A stretch of DNA of 64,000 bases from Eutreptiella sp. 'Long Island Sound 2002' (taxonomy: Eukaryota > Protista > Euglenida), in NCBI GenBank assembly GCA_964036045.1, contig OZ038378.1, forward strand, positions 34,410,001 through 34,474,000, given 5' to 3'. Numbering within the stretch: position 1 is the first letter of the stretch; the number at the start of each line of letters is the position of its first letter. Positions 35,501-47,225 of the stretch are shown one piece after another. A program made the position numbers and the translations under genes. The notes under the pieces were generated by a model. It was not told where the DNA came from. It was given only the letters and a program-made list of their open reading frames with translations, and made no database searches.

Positions 35501-38500
35501 GTGCCGAAGGCGCTGTTACCAGAAGGCAATGGCCGGGATGTCTACCCACGAGTACAGGTAAACGGGAGGGTTGTGTGTGTAGCGCACGCGCCCTGTGTTA
35601 GTGTGTGGTTGTCGGCGGAAAGAGGGAGAGTCTGAGAAACCTGGATGTCACCCTCCTGGCGACAGTTGTCATCCCAGAAGTTCCCGTTGTACTCCCTCTC
35701 TTTCCGCCTGGTGGAGGCGTAACTCCTGCAACACCCACGCCATCGTGCTGCGTGGCCCAGGCGGGCTCTCAGCAATGTGGCACACGCTTTGGCGTGGGCG
35801 TACCAGACTCTGATGGACTCCTCAATTACATAACGTATGAACTCTGTCCCCAGTGTGTGGGGCCCTGAGCACTACATGTGGGCTCGCTGCATGGAGGGGG
35901 TACGCAAGGCCGCCGCCCACTGCTCTGGTACAGTCGGTTCCCACAGCTGGTGGCGCACCGAGGCTGTCCGTTTTCCCACCTTCCGGTTGAGCCACTCCGT
36001 GAGCCGCCGGCGAGCCGGTCCCCACTCATGGGACGGGGCCGTGCAGGCCCAAAGGTGGGGTGCCGTTCCGGGCTGCGCTCCACATAGGAGGCACGTGGTG
36101 TCCAGTACCGTGTCTCAGTGGGAAGACCAGTGCACCAGGACAATCATCGTGGGCATGTTGTCCATGCGGTGCGCCGTGATGCGGCGCTGTTGGTCGCTAT
36201 CGAACCAGTCAAGGTGGAGTCCACTCCCCGACGTGTAGTTTGCTCCCCATCGGGCCTCATAGCCGGTCCGCGCCGGTATGGAGGCCCGATCCTGCAACCA
36301 GTTGCTCAGCCCCGTTGGGCAGAGCTGGCACTGGTGCCGGTAGGTCACCTGGGGGAGGAAGGAGAAGGGGCGCCGGAGGAGCCACGTCAGGTCTACCTCT
36401 GGCGGCTCCTACGTCGCTGCATCAACACGGACGTTCAGGTCCGTTTTCCAGTGCGACGGCGTGGTAACCACACTGATGGCTGAGGTCGGCGAGAGGCATT
36501 GGCCTCCCACGACAGTGGCGTAGAGGTGGTGTATACCATCTCCACAAAGGCCTCCTTCTTGATACGTTCGGAGGGCCCCCACCGCCGCCTCAGAGTGTGG
36601 CACCAGCCAAAATACCCCTGGGTGTTGCGCCAGCCTGCGGACGTATAAGAGCAGTATCATGGCCTCCCCCTCTTGGGAGGTGCCTACTCCGGAGGCCACG
36701 CGGGTCGGGTCGGCCTCAGGCCTGCTCTGGGCGACCCCTGCCATAGCCATGCCTGCCTGCGTTTCGGCATCCACTGCGGCCACGGTGCCGTGGAGAGTCG
36801 CCAGCGCCGGCAGGTCATGGAACCAAATGCCCGGCTTGACCTCGGGGGCTGGCACTTGCGGGGGTCGGTAGCCAGGCCGTGCGGCGCCAGGAGAACCAGG
36901 TCCCGGTGGTGCTCACGGAGGTGGGTTCGCAGGGCAGGGCCGAGCTCTGCCGGTACTGTTCCCGCCGTACCGAGCGAGTAGTAGAGGGGCCCCTTATTCG
37001 GGTGCCCTAGGCACTTGTGCGCCACACACTCCGCGGGGTACTTGAATTTTGCCACCGCAGCCGGGGCAATTGCTATCCACAGCCACGGCGGCAGTGTCGT
37101 GGTGACGGTGACCAAGCGGGCCGGCGATGCCTGGGCCCATTGCCAGTAGGCGTCTGCCGGAGGCTCGGACATCCACACAATGGTAGGTGCCCATACCCCC
37201 GCCCTCTATAGCTGGAGCAGGGACATATGGTGATTGTCGTCCCATAGTTGGGCATGCAGGGGCGCGTTGACGTGCAGTTGGACGCCCAGAAGGGCCACCA
37301 GGAGGCAGTGTAGTCGGGTGCCGCTCGGCAGCCTGTTTGGGGACCGGCAGCACACCCGGAGCTCCGGCGCCCAGTCCTCCATGGCATCCTTCATGGCAGT
37401 CGTCACCTTGATCGGATAGCCCCCGTGGTATACGGTCTCCATCCGGGTGGTCTTGGCCATCCGGCCTCCGATGACCACTTCCGCCCGGTATGCGGGCACG
37501 GCGCCCGGGATCCAGTCCTTAGGCGTAGTCTGCCACCGTAGCAGGGGCAACCGCAGTAGGGGCGCCAAGACGGCGCCATGGCGGGCCAGCCATGCCCTAA
37601 GGCCGGGGACACCCTTGCTGGCTGGTGCCCGCTCCTTAAGGGTTCGTTCCCCTTTGATGCGGTGGTTTTCTGTGTGACAAGTCTCCCGGGTGGTGGTATC
37701 CCAGAGCCTGCACCATTTCGTAGATGGTCGGGGGGATGACTACCTCCACGACATCGCCGTACTAGGTCGTGTACACCTACACGTGGAGGGCGGGGGCCGC
37801 CGCCGCCCCTACCTGAGATCCACCATGGCCCCGCACCAGGATGGGGGTCATCCCTGAGCAGGGGGGCGGCATCCATATGGGCATGGGCACTTCATCCACT
37901 ACCCGCTGCAGCGTATGAGGTGAGGGCACCTCGGGTGGTGGGTGTACTGCCCTAGGGTGAGCACTGCATGGCACCCCCCTCTGAGCGCTTGGTGTGCCTG
38001 GAGGGTGTAGGTTTGGGACTGCCGAAAGTCCTCCTTGGCCCAAGCCCCTTGCCGGACCCATTCCCGGGTGACCGCAGTCTACCACGAGTGTAAGGACCGG
38101 GTCAAACCCTGGGAGCCATGCTCCCAAAGCCCCCAGAGTGCTTCGGTGTGGGCATGGCGGGAGATTCCCGTCATGTGCTTGTATGCCCGCACCATCAGGG
38201 CGTCGTTTGCCGCGTGCACCCGGGCCGTGGAGCGGTAGACACTTGCGAGGGGAGGCAGTTTGCTCAGGAGCTTCGCCATGTGCGCCATCATGGCCGCGTC
38301 CGAGGAGAGTCGCTGGGGGCGGAGCTGCTTCCAGACCGCCGCCTTGATCTCTGGTTGGTCACGGGGGGCCGTGGGTGTGCCCTGGAGGTAGATGTCTGTC
38401 CCCATATAGCGGAGAACCCGGGAGGGCTGGATCTCTGGGGCCCCGGCTAATGTCTCCTCCCATTGCTCTAGGCTATCCGTTGCCCACGCGTGGCCTACGT

Positions 38501-41500
38501 GTCGGGCCACGGCCGCCGGAGTGGGCGAGCTTAGGGCCTTGGGGTCGGAAGTCGAACCATGTTGGTTTTCGCGTGTGGGACATCCAGCCGCAGGACTCCT
38601 TGGTAGTATGTTTGTTGGTCCAACAGGACCCCCTGTATAGGGCGGGTGTCGCCTCGTTCCAGGATGACAATTGTGTCGTCCACCCACATGAGCCCCGGGA
38701 AGCGAAACGGCTGTACCGCAGAGGCCCTGTACGCGATATCCCTGAAGCGCAGGAACGGGAGAGCTGCCGTTGCGCCTGCATGGACCCCCTAGATAGTGCC
38801 GTGGGGGGTACCCAAGAGCTAGGCCAGGGTACTCGGCTGCCAGGGGCCCAATGGCAGGGTGTACGAGAAGCCCTCACTGTGGGTGGCGAGGTGGTCAGCC
38901 TCTCCTAGGCCCACCCGGGCCCCTATGATGGGCTGGACGTCCTGGGCAATCACGTCAAAGAACTTGGTGCGGTCGGTAATGAGGACGTCCACCACTCGGT
39001 GCTGAAGCCTGGCGAGGTCCAACTTCTTGTGCATCGTGCGGACCGCTTCCTGGAGGGACACCCCTCACATGCCTTCCACGAGGCAGGGGCCCCCAAGAGC
39101 CCGCTTGTATACAGCTATTGCCAGGGGGTTAGAAAGCCGTGGGCTCCAGCTTTGAGATGTGGGAGGAGATGGTTATGCCCCGTAGGTTAGCCTCCTGAAT
39201 GGGCTGCTCGGGGTTTTTTAGGAGCAGGGTGACCCGACCGCGCCTGCCCGCTATGCGGCATACTAGGGGGGCTGTGCATGACGGCGCAAAGGGTCACCGC
39301 TACCCTCCGTTAGGTGATGGTACCAGGAGATGTCTATGCAGAGGTCCGCCTCTGGCAGGCGAAGGTCCGGGCTGCGGGCCTTGCCGGATTGTACCTCCCA
39401 GAGGTGGCGAGGCTGGACATAGTCTATCCGAGTCGGCGGGGCATGCTGTGGCAGGAGCTTCAAGTGCCGTTGGAAATGGGCCCACCGTTCGGGGTCGTAT
39501 CGGATCCGGTAGCTTTGGCCCTGGAGCCGCATTTGGCTCGCATAAAGGGCAGACAAGGTCTCCTTGGGGTTTAGGAGTGCCTTGTTGTCCAATGGGACTT
39601 CGGTGAAATGCCGCGGGGGGGCCCCGGCTGCGCCTTTGCACTTCCCGCCACTTCTCTAGGGTGCGCCGGAGGTTTTCGTGTCTCATGTGTACGCCGGAGG
39701 GCCCGGCGCTTAATATCCCGGAGGCTTTGCTGGCGTTGGGCTTCTCCTAGCGCCACGAGGTTCCTTTTGAGGGCATGTCCCACCGCCACTGAGTTGCCCA
39801 GCATGCCCTGGGCTGTCGCCGTAAAACGCCCCACGGAGGGGAGCATACTACGCGCTGGGAAAGGCTGTTGGGGGGACTTGGAGGGGGGGGTCTGCTCCGC
39901 TGGGCGTGCCCGGAGGCGGTGTTGCTGCAAGTGGAGAGCCCGGACGTTGCCCACGGCGTGGGTCCAGTCATAGATGGCTTGTTGCAGGCCTTTTAGCCAT
40001 CGGGTCGGGGCGAGGTGGGGGTCCATGTCTCTCTTGCGGAGCACGGAGCTCTAGAAATCGGCCACATCCGCAGGGGATAGAGCCACTGGGCCCAGGTGGT
40101 ACTCTGGCGTGCGGGGAAACCGTATTGGGGCTGGGTTTGTCCGGCCGGACCACCGGACGGGCGACGTTGAAGAGGACGGGGACATGGTGGTCCGATAGGA
40201 GGGTGCTTCCCCAGTAGTGGTAGGAAGCTATGGTGAATGCGCCTCTCTATGGCAGGCGACCGTGTCGATGCGGGAGCGCGCGGTCCCTTAGACGCAGGAG
40301 TTCGTCCCTTGCGGGACCGGGTGCAGGTCTACCAGGTCCCTGAGGTTGAACCCCTGCAGGAACATTCGGTAGCCTGTATCATCGGGGCGCGGGGTTCCCC
40401 GGTCCGCTGGTCGGGCCGCTGAGTTGGTGTCGGTCACCACCAGAATCGTCGCCGGGTCAACGATGCAGGTGACCTGGCGCAAGATGCCTGCCCACCATCG
40501 CACATATGGCTCACGGCCAATGTTGATTTGGGGGGCATGGGCAGCCAACACGTTGTGCTTCCCCCACGGGGTCAGCACCTCCATGAGGAGGGCGTTCGCA
40601 TCCTCCTTGCCCCAGAGCCGGGTGGCCCGGGTGGTAGTCCCGGCGCGGAAATGCACACCGAGGCCTGCCCCCGTCTTTCCATGGGCGGGGGTCACGACGT
40701 GCCGGGTGTAGTCCTGAAACGGGTGATCCTCAGGGCCCGCCTTGGATTGGGCCTCGGCCATGATAAGGATTGTGGGGCGGGGTGCCACCATGTGTAGGGC
40801 CTGCGCCTGCAGGCATTACCGCAAGTATCTGCCACGGACATTGAGCCACAAATGCCGGACGGCATGCACGTCCTCCGGCTTGCCCTCAATTCTGGGAGGG
40901 TGAGAGGCCGTGGCCCTCGTGCGCCGGGTCAAGCTCGGAGCCTGCAGGAGTAGACTCATCCTGGGGGCTCACACCGGTGCCGAGGTGTTGGCAGACTCCT
41001 GCGCGGGACACAGATCGCGCCCAATGAGGCCGACCACGGTGGTCAGGGAAGGGGTCCTTGTCAGCCGCTCGCCGGTGAGCTGGAGGACTATCCATTCATG
41101 TAGGGCTTGGGCCCGTGCTCCCAGGACTTTGAACCCCACGGGGCAGGCTGGCTGGAGGGCCCGGACGTAGCTTTTCCAGGATGCACTACCGCCCTTTCAT
41201 TCAGCGCCTGGTAGCTGATGGGCCCTTGGGGCCGAGGGGACCAGGGTCAGCCCTCCCCGGGCCTTTTCGAAGGCGGCCTTACTCACCATGGGCGTGGCGA
41301 TGACCAAGGGCGTTCCTCCGGGCGGGGTGAGAGTGGCCCGGTGGTCCCCGAGGTCCAACCGGGCCGTGTGCACCGGGGTCTACCGGTCCCCCGCTTGATG
41401 CAGACCCGCACCGGGGGTGGGGCGGTCGCCGCGGTTCTTTGTGGGACATGCACTAGGCATTGGGATATTAGCACCAAAGCCCGGTGTCCAGGAGCACCGC

Positions 41501-44500
41501 CCGGGGCGGGGGTGGGGCAGACGAGGCATACGCATATGCCATGGCCTAGAGCCATTGGCCGGGGTGGTTGTTTCCTTCGGGGGTCGGGAGGCGGAGCTCC
41601 ACCTTCCCCTCGATCACGTAATAAACCGTGATCCCAAGTCCCGGTGGGTGAGGGGCCGGGATGGCATCTCCCTCCCAGCTAGAGAGGGAGAAGGAGGGGA
41701 CCCCCAGGGTGAAGTTCACGAGCTGGAGCAGCTCGCGTGTCCGCTTGGCATACTGTGCCAGGAGGGGGGAGAGGTCGTCACTCTCAGGGGAGTGGGGCCG
41801 GGGACAGGGGTTGCCTCTTGGACCGCCGCGCGCATGCAGCGTCCCACCGCCGACAGGTGCTCGCTATCCATGACGATAGTGACGTCCATGGCCCTGCAGG
41901 TGTTTACCTCCTCCAGGGCAGTGTCAACGATGACTGCCGCAAGGCAAGACCCATGCTGGCCCGTATCGCCTGGGGGGCCTTCAGGGGGGTCTTCGTCAGG
42001 CACCTCGGGGTCTTCGTACAACGTGTCTGCCGGCTGTGAGACGTCGGTGGGGCTGAGGCCGTCAGCATCGTCCCTCATGAGGTTGGCCAATTGGGTGGCC
42101 GTGCCCTGGGAGGCGTCTATGTCAATGGGAGGGGGCTGGAGGGCCACGGCACTGCTTGGGGCCTCATTAGTCACAGCGCTCGGGACGGCAGAGGGCCGAT
42201 TCTCCTAAAGGGGCTCGGGCGCGGGACCAACTTCGGGGGCGGCCCCCGCGATGGCCCGGTTGGTCTCTTGCTGGACAAGCCGCGGGGGGCACTCGCCGCA
42301 GGCGCGCGGTCGCCACAAGTGGCGGGCGTTGCACCACTCCAGGGTTGGCTCGCCCGTGGGGCTTCGCGGCGCCAGGGGGGCCGGAACCCGGGCGCACTCC
42401 GGGGCCTGTGGGGCCACGGGCCGGTTGTTCGTCAGTTGGAGGTTGGCCACGGGGGCCGGCTCGGCGGTAGCAGGCGCAGCTTGCTGGTCCGCTGCAGGGC
42501 GATGCACTTCCATAACGTCTTGGGACAGCTCCATTCCCGCCAATGGCGGGCATTCACGGGGCTTAGACCAGGTGCCACCGGCCACCCCGCTTGCGGGTGC
42601 GGGCCTTTTGGGGCTCCGCCCAGGGCGGGGGCTGGGGGCCTGCCCTGCCTCAATGGGTAGTAATTGCCTCGGCCATCCCCCCCGGTCATCTTAGGCTTCG
42701 GCGAGTTGGCCGGAGCCACGGGCCTTCGTTGCTGCAGCTCTGGCGCTGCTTCCTGCCCCTTCGGTTGCGGGGGATTAGGGTCCCGCGAGGGGGGCGTCGG
42801 CTGCCCAGCCGGGCTCGCCGGGGGGGGGGGGGGCGGGCCTGTCGGCAGGGGCCGTACGGCATGGCCGGCAGTGTCACCTTTCGGCTCCCGGGTTGGCGGC
42901 CCCACCTGTATAGGCGCCACACGCGGCGGCTGGCCAACGGCGTCGGCTACGAGGCGCCGGACGTTTGCCTTCATGAGGGGGGGCCGATCTGAGCGCGGGG
43001 AGCCCGCATGGGTGGGCGGCGCCTCTTGCCGTTCCTCCGCCGGGGCGTCATTCCGCGTGTACACCGTGAGGCCACGCAGGATGTCATAGTGAACACCATG
43101 GACAGCCGTGGGCTACTGCCCTGGTGGGGGTGCAACCGTTCCTAGGGCAGCACTGACGACAACACTTGAAGCCACCGCTTGAGCGTTGGAGCGGAAAGTG
43201 AGGTACCCATGATTCTTTCCGCTAGAGAAGGCCTCCGCCACTCCTACCGCTCCATCCATCCTCATAAAAGGGTCCATCAAGTGGCGGTGGGACACTCCGC
43301 CAGGAGGTGTTGCAAATGCAGGACAGTAGGCGCATCCGTGTTGCGGGGTTGCTGCGGGGCTGGCGCCGCTCTCCCGAGACGGACATCTCCCGCACCTCGG
43401 AGACCCGGGGTGGTGTGTGTCGCCCCAGTGCGCCTTTTCTAGGGTATTTGTGGGTTTCCGGCCCGGGGTGACTGTGTTACTTGTGGGTGAGGGGCCACAA
43501 GGACCGGCGTTGTTTGCGTACCCGTGAGGGCATGGGTAAGTGGCCTGTGCAGGGTTGCAGTAGATGGCTGGGTCACCGTCCGCCGGCCCTTGTTATGCCC
43601 GCGTTGGCGTTTGCGCGGGGGCTCATCCTGCGTCATATCCGGAGGTCGGGTGTGGGGAGCCGTTGTAGGCTCCCAATCAGACGGGCGCTTTGTGTCTGAC
43701 GCATCATAGTGCAGGCGCCGGGCTGTATTTGTGCTGGGGGACCGACGTGGGCGCCGGTCAGTGTCGTCCCGCCGCCCATGGGGCACCCTCTCGGGGGCGG
43801 TGTTGGGCGTGCCAGGACGGGGGTGGTCGTCGCGCCGGGCGGGGGCACAGTCGCTACCTTGAGTGGCGGGGGCGGGGCCCCCGGAGGCACGTTTCTCCGA
43901 CCGTGGCTCATCATACCTCTCCGGGGTGTGGTAGGAACGGCGATAAGTTGCACGGTAGTCTCTGCCGGGATCATCATAGTTGCGGCCCCGGTGGCGCCCT
44001 CCGGGTCCCCTATGGGGGGAAGGGGATCGGCGGTGGGTAGGTTCCAGGGATTGTTGCGGCGCCTCGGCGGGCGCCACAGGACGGCGGTCCTCTCAGGGCT
44101 CGCCCACACGTGGGAGCGCTGCGTGAGGCGCCGGCGCCGTCCCGCCGACCATGTTAGCAACGGGGGCGTGTCGCTTTTGAGGCGCCTGCTGCGCGGCCCC
44201 CTAGGGGCGCGCAAGGTCCTCGGAGCGGCGGTCCACTGCTGCCAAATGGCCTCGCAGGTATCCCAGCTCCAAGTCCCGCTGATTAGGGGGTGGCACCACC
44301 GGCGGTGGTGAGGGCGGTGGGGGGGGGGGCTGGGGCAGCCCATAGTGCGGCCGCCGTAGATAGTACGCCGGGTAGGCCGGCTGCGAGTGGACCTCGAGCA
44401 GTGGCTGGTGGGGCGTATAGGGGCTATGGGTATACCGGGCTGGCGCCCCGGCGTAGCTTGGGGACCTCGCAGGGTGCGGCACTAGCCAGCCTCCCGGGAA

Positions 44501-44790
44501 GGGAGGGCGCGGTGCAAAAGGTGTGGTGGGCGCTATAGGGAACATGTTGTATCACTAGGTTGCACAACGAGACCGGGGAGCGTGGTGGGCAGCTCATGCA
44601 TGGGCAGTGCGCTCCCTGATGACCAGGTCGCCCAGTGCTAAGGCGCCGGCTGCCGCTCCAGCTCTTGCGTGGGTGGCCTTCGGCGGCCGACCTTAAGAGC
44701 CCGCACATCGGTACGCTTATCGCGCCGCGGCCCTTCGCGCTGCACGGCTGCACCTAACGAAGCACCAAAGGGGGGAAATCAGGGCGCCCC
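35501..44790 (-). mobile_element. Near full-length LINE-B non-LTR retrotransposon (decayed)
   Basis: ORF1 with RRM-like VLHLQHL...HGYLTF (~43100-43340). ORF2: APE (VVTDTNS, ~40800-40200), RT (TDRTKFFDVIAQ, GTI*GS, LMWVDDTIVIL), RNase H (~36870-36400), CxxC..H..C knuckle, and (CACCA)n tail. The 5' end is approximate. Confidence 0.9.
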
Positions 44791-44829
44791 TATGGGGCGT
44801 TAACCTCGGTTTCGGGGGGGGGGGGGGGG

Positions 44830-45590
44830 CTTGTGTCCAAGGGGGACGGTAGCCCTTGAAAAGTCCGGGCTCACCAGCCTAGGGGACGGGGAGGCCCGCC
44901 CAGGCGCTGGCCGGTGCTTAAATAGAGTGTGGGGGGGCAGCAGCCCCCAAAAGATCCGGGCACACGAACCTGGCGGGACGTGGAGTCTTGCCCCGCTGGT
45001 GGTCGGCGCTCTTGGAGGGCTTGTGCGGGGCAGCAGCTCCCAACGGCCCGGGCACACCAGCTATGGGGAACCGGGACCCCCGCCCAGGCGGTGGTCGGTG
45101 CTTGAAGAGGGCCTGCTGGGGACAGTTGCTCCTTGCGGCCCGGGCACGCCGGCCAAGGGGGAGGGGGAGTCCTACCCCAGCGGTGGCCGGTGCTCAAGGA
45201 GGGCTTGCGGGGGGTAGCAGTTCCCATTGGACTGGGCACACCTGCCTGGGGGGACGGGGAGTCCTGTCTAGGCGGTGGTCGGTGCTCACCGAGGGCCCAC
45301 CGGGGGTAGCAGTTCCCCACGGCCCGGGCACACCAGCCAGGGGGGACGGAGAGTCCTGCCTATGCGGTGGTCGGTGGTCAAGGAGGGCCCGCGGGGTGCA
45401 GTAGCTCCCTACGGCCCGGGCACACCGGCCTGGGGGGACCGGGAGCCATTTCCAGGCGGTGGTCGGTGCTCAAGGAGGCCCTCCGGGGGGTAGCAGTTCC
45501 CAACGGCCCGGGCACACCAGCCTTGGGGGACGGGAAGTACTTTCCAGGAGATGGGCAATGCACAAGGAGGGCCTGTGTGGGGCCTATTGG
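44830..45590. repeat. ~92-bp tandem repeat, block 1 (~8 units)
   Basis: ggtggtcggtgct-like anchor recurs near 44999, 45090, 45183, 45274, 45366 and 45458. Confidence 0.9.
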
Positions 45591-46149
45591 GCCCTACCGT
45601 CTGTACTGTTTTCCTGTCGTTGTCCCGGCGCGGCGAGGTAGGTTGGTGTGGGGGATCTCCAAAAAGGGGGGCGATGTGTGCCTCCCCCCGTTAAGGGTCT
45701 CACCTGTTCTATGCCGCATCCAAATGTACCTGCTTGGTACGTTTGCACCACTAACGTACCCAAGGAGGTAGCCCACCCCTGAACGGCGGGGTGAGAACAC
45801 TGCTGCTCGAAGGGATCTCTTGCAGCGTTAGGGTTACCCCTAACCTAATTGGTGGTGCCCCTCCCTATTGCAGCCCCTCTCAGGGTTTGAACCGTAGTTT
45901 GCCCCTATGGGAGTCGTCTAAGTTAGACCCATTACCACCCCACGGGTCGGTGCCGACTGGGCCGCCGGCAACGGACACCAGGCGTAAGCTGCCTTATCGG
46001 TGGCGGTCAAGGGGGGACGATACGAGCACCGTGGGGCCCTCTATTCCCTGTCCGTCCTTTCCACGGTGCCCATAGGCCATATACAACCAAGGGGGTGCCC
46101 TGGGATGGGGCATTCTTGGCAGACTCGTACACTGTACCCTGGGAGCGCT

Positions 46150-47225
46150 GGCTCCTTGTACTCGACGTGTTGTCACTCCCCAGCCATGCGCGTGGTGGTC
46201 GGTGCTCAAGAAGGGCCTGCGGGGGATAGCAGTTCCCAACAGCCCGGACATACCAGCCTAGGGGGACGGGGAGTCCTGCCCAGGCGGTGGTCGGTGCTCT
46301 AAGAAGGCCTGCGGGGGGCAGTAGCTCCCAATGGCCCGGGCACACCAGCCTGGGGGGACGGGGGGGACCTGCCCAGGCGGTGCTCAGTGCTCAAGCAGGG
46401 TCTGCAAGGAGCAGCAGTTCCCAAGGCCCAGGCACACCTGCCTGGGGGGACGGGGTGACCCGTCTAGGCCGTGGTCCGTGCTCAAGGAGGGCGTGCGCAG
46501 GGCAGCAGCTCTCTACAGCCCAGCCACACCAGTCAGCAGGGACGGGGAATCCTGCTCAGGCGGTGGTCGGTGCTCTAGGGGGGAGTGCGCGGGGTAGCGG
46601 TTTCCAACGCTCCAGGTACACCAAACGGGGGGACAGGGACGTCTGCCCAGGCAATGGCCGGTGCTCAAGGAGGGCCTGCGAGGGGTATCAATTCCCAACG
46701 CTCCGGGCACACTAGCTTGGGGAGACGGCAAGTCCTGCCTAGGCGGTGGTCGGTGCTCAAGGAGGGCGTGCAGGGGGCAGCAGCTCCCAAAAGGTGTGGG
46801 CTCACCTACCTCTGGGGACGGGGAGTCCTGCCTAGGCGATGGTCGGTGCTCATGGAGGGCCTGCAGGGGGTAGCAGTTCCCAACGGTCCGGGCACACCAG
46901 CTTGGGGGGATGGGGAGTCCTGCCTAGGCGGTGTTCGGTGCTCAAGGAGGGCCCGCGGAGGACAGTAGTTCCCTATGGCCCGGGCATACCAACCCGGGGG
47001 ACGGTGAATCCTGCCCTGGTGGTGGTCGGTGCTTTGGGAGGGCCTGCGGGGGGCTGCAGTTTCCAGCGGCCCGGGCACACTAGCCCGGGGGGATGGGCGA
47101 ACCGTCGAGGCCGTGGTCCGTGCTCCAGGAGGGCCTACGGGGGCACCGCCTCCCAACGGCCCGGCCACACCATCCTCGGGGGACAGAGGGTACTACTCAG
47201 GCGGTGGCCGGTTTCCGGGGTGTGC
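46150..47225. repeat. ~92-bp tandem repeat, block 2 (~12 units)
   Basis: Same unit as block 1; the blocks are separated by ~560 bp of unique sequence. Confidence 0.9.

Noticed and set aside
32032-35635. ORFs with TTPHH / VWCGV repeats
   Set aside because: These are translations of the (TGGTG)n microsatellite.
44610-44660. Hammerhead ribozyme (CTGATGA)
   Set aside because: No downstream GAAA core or compatible stems were found.
45828-45843. Interstitial telomere
   Set aside because: A single TTAGGG and its complement; not an array.
44830-47225. CRISPR-like array
   Set aside because: The whole 92-bp unit is repeated with no unique spacers; no cas genes; eukaryotic context.
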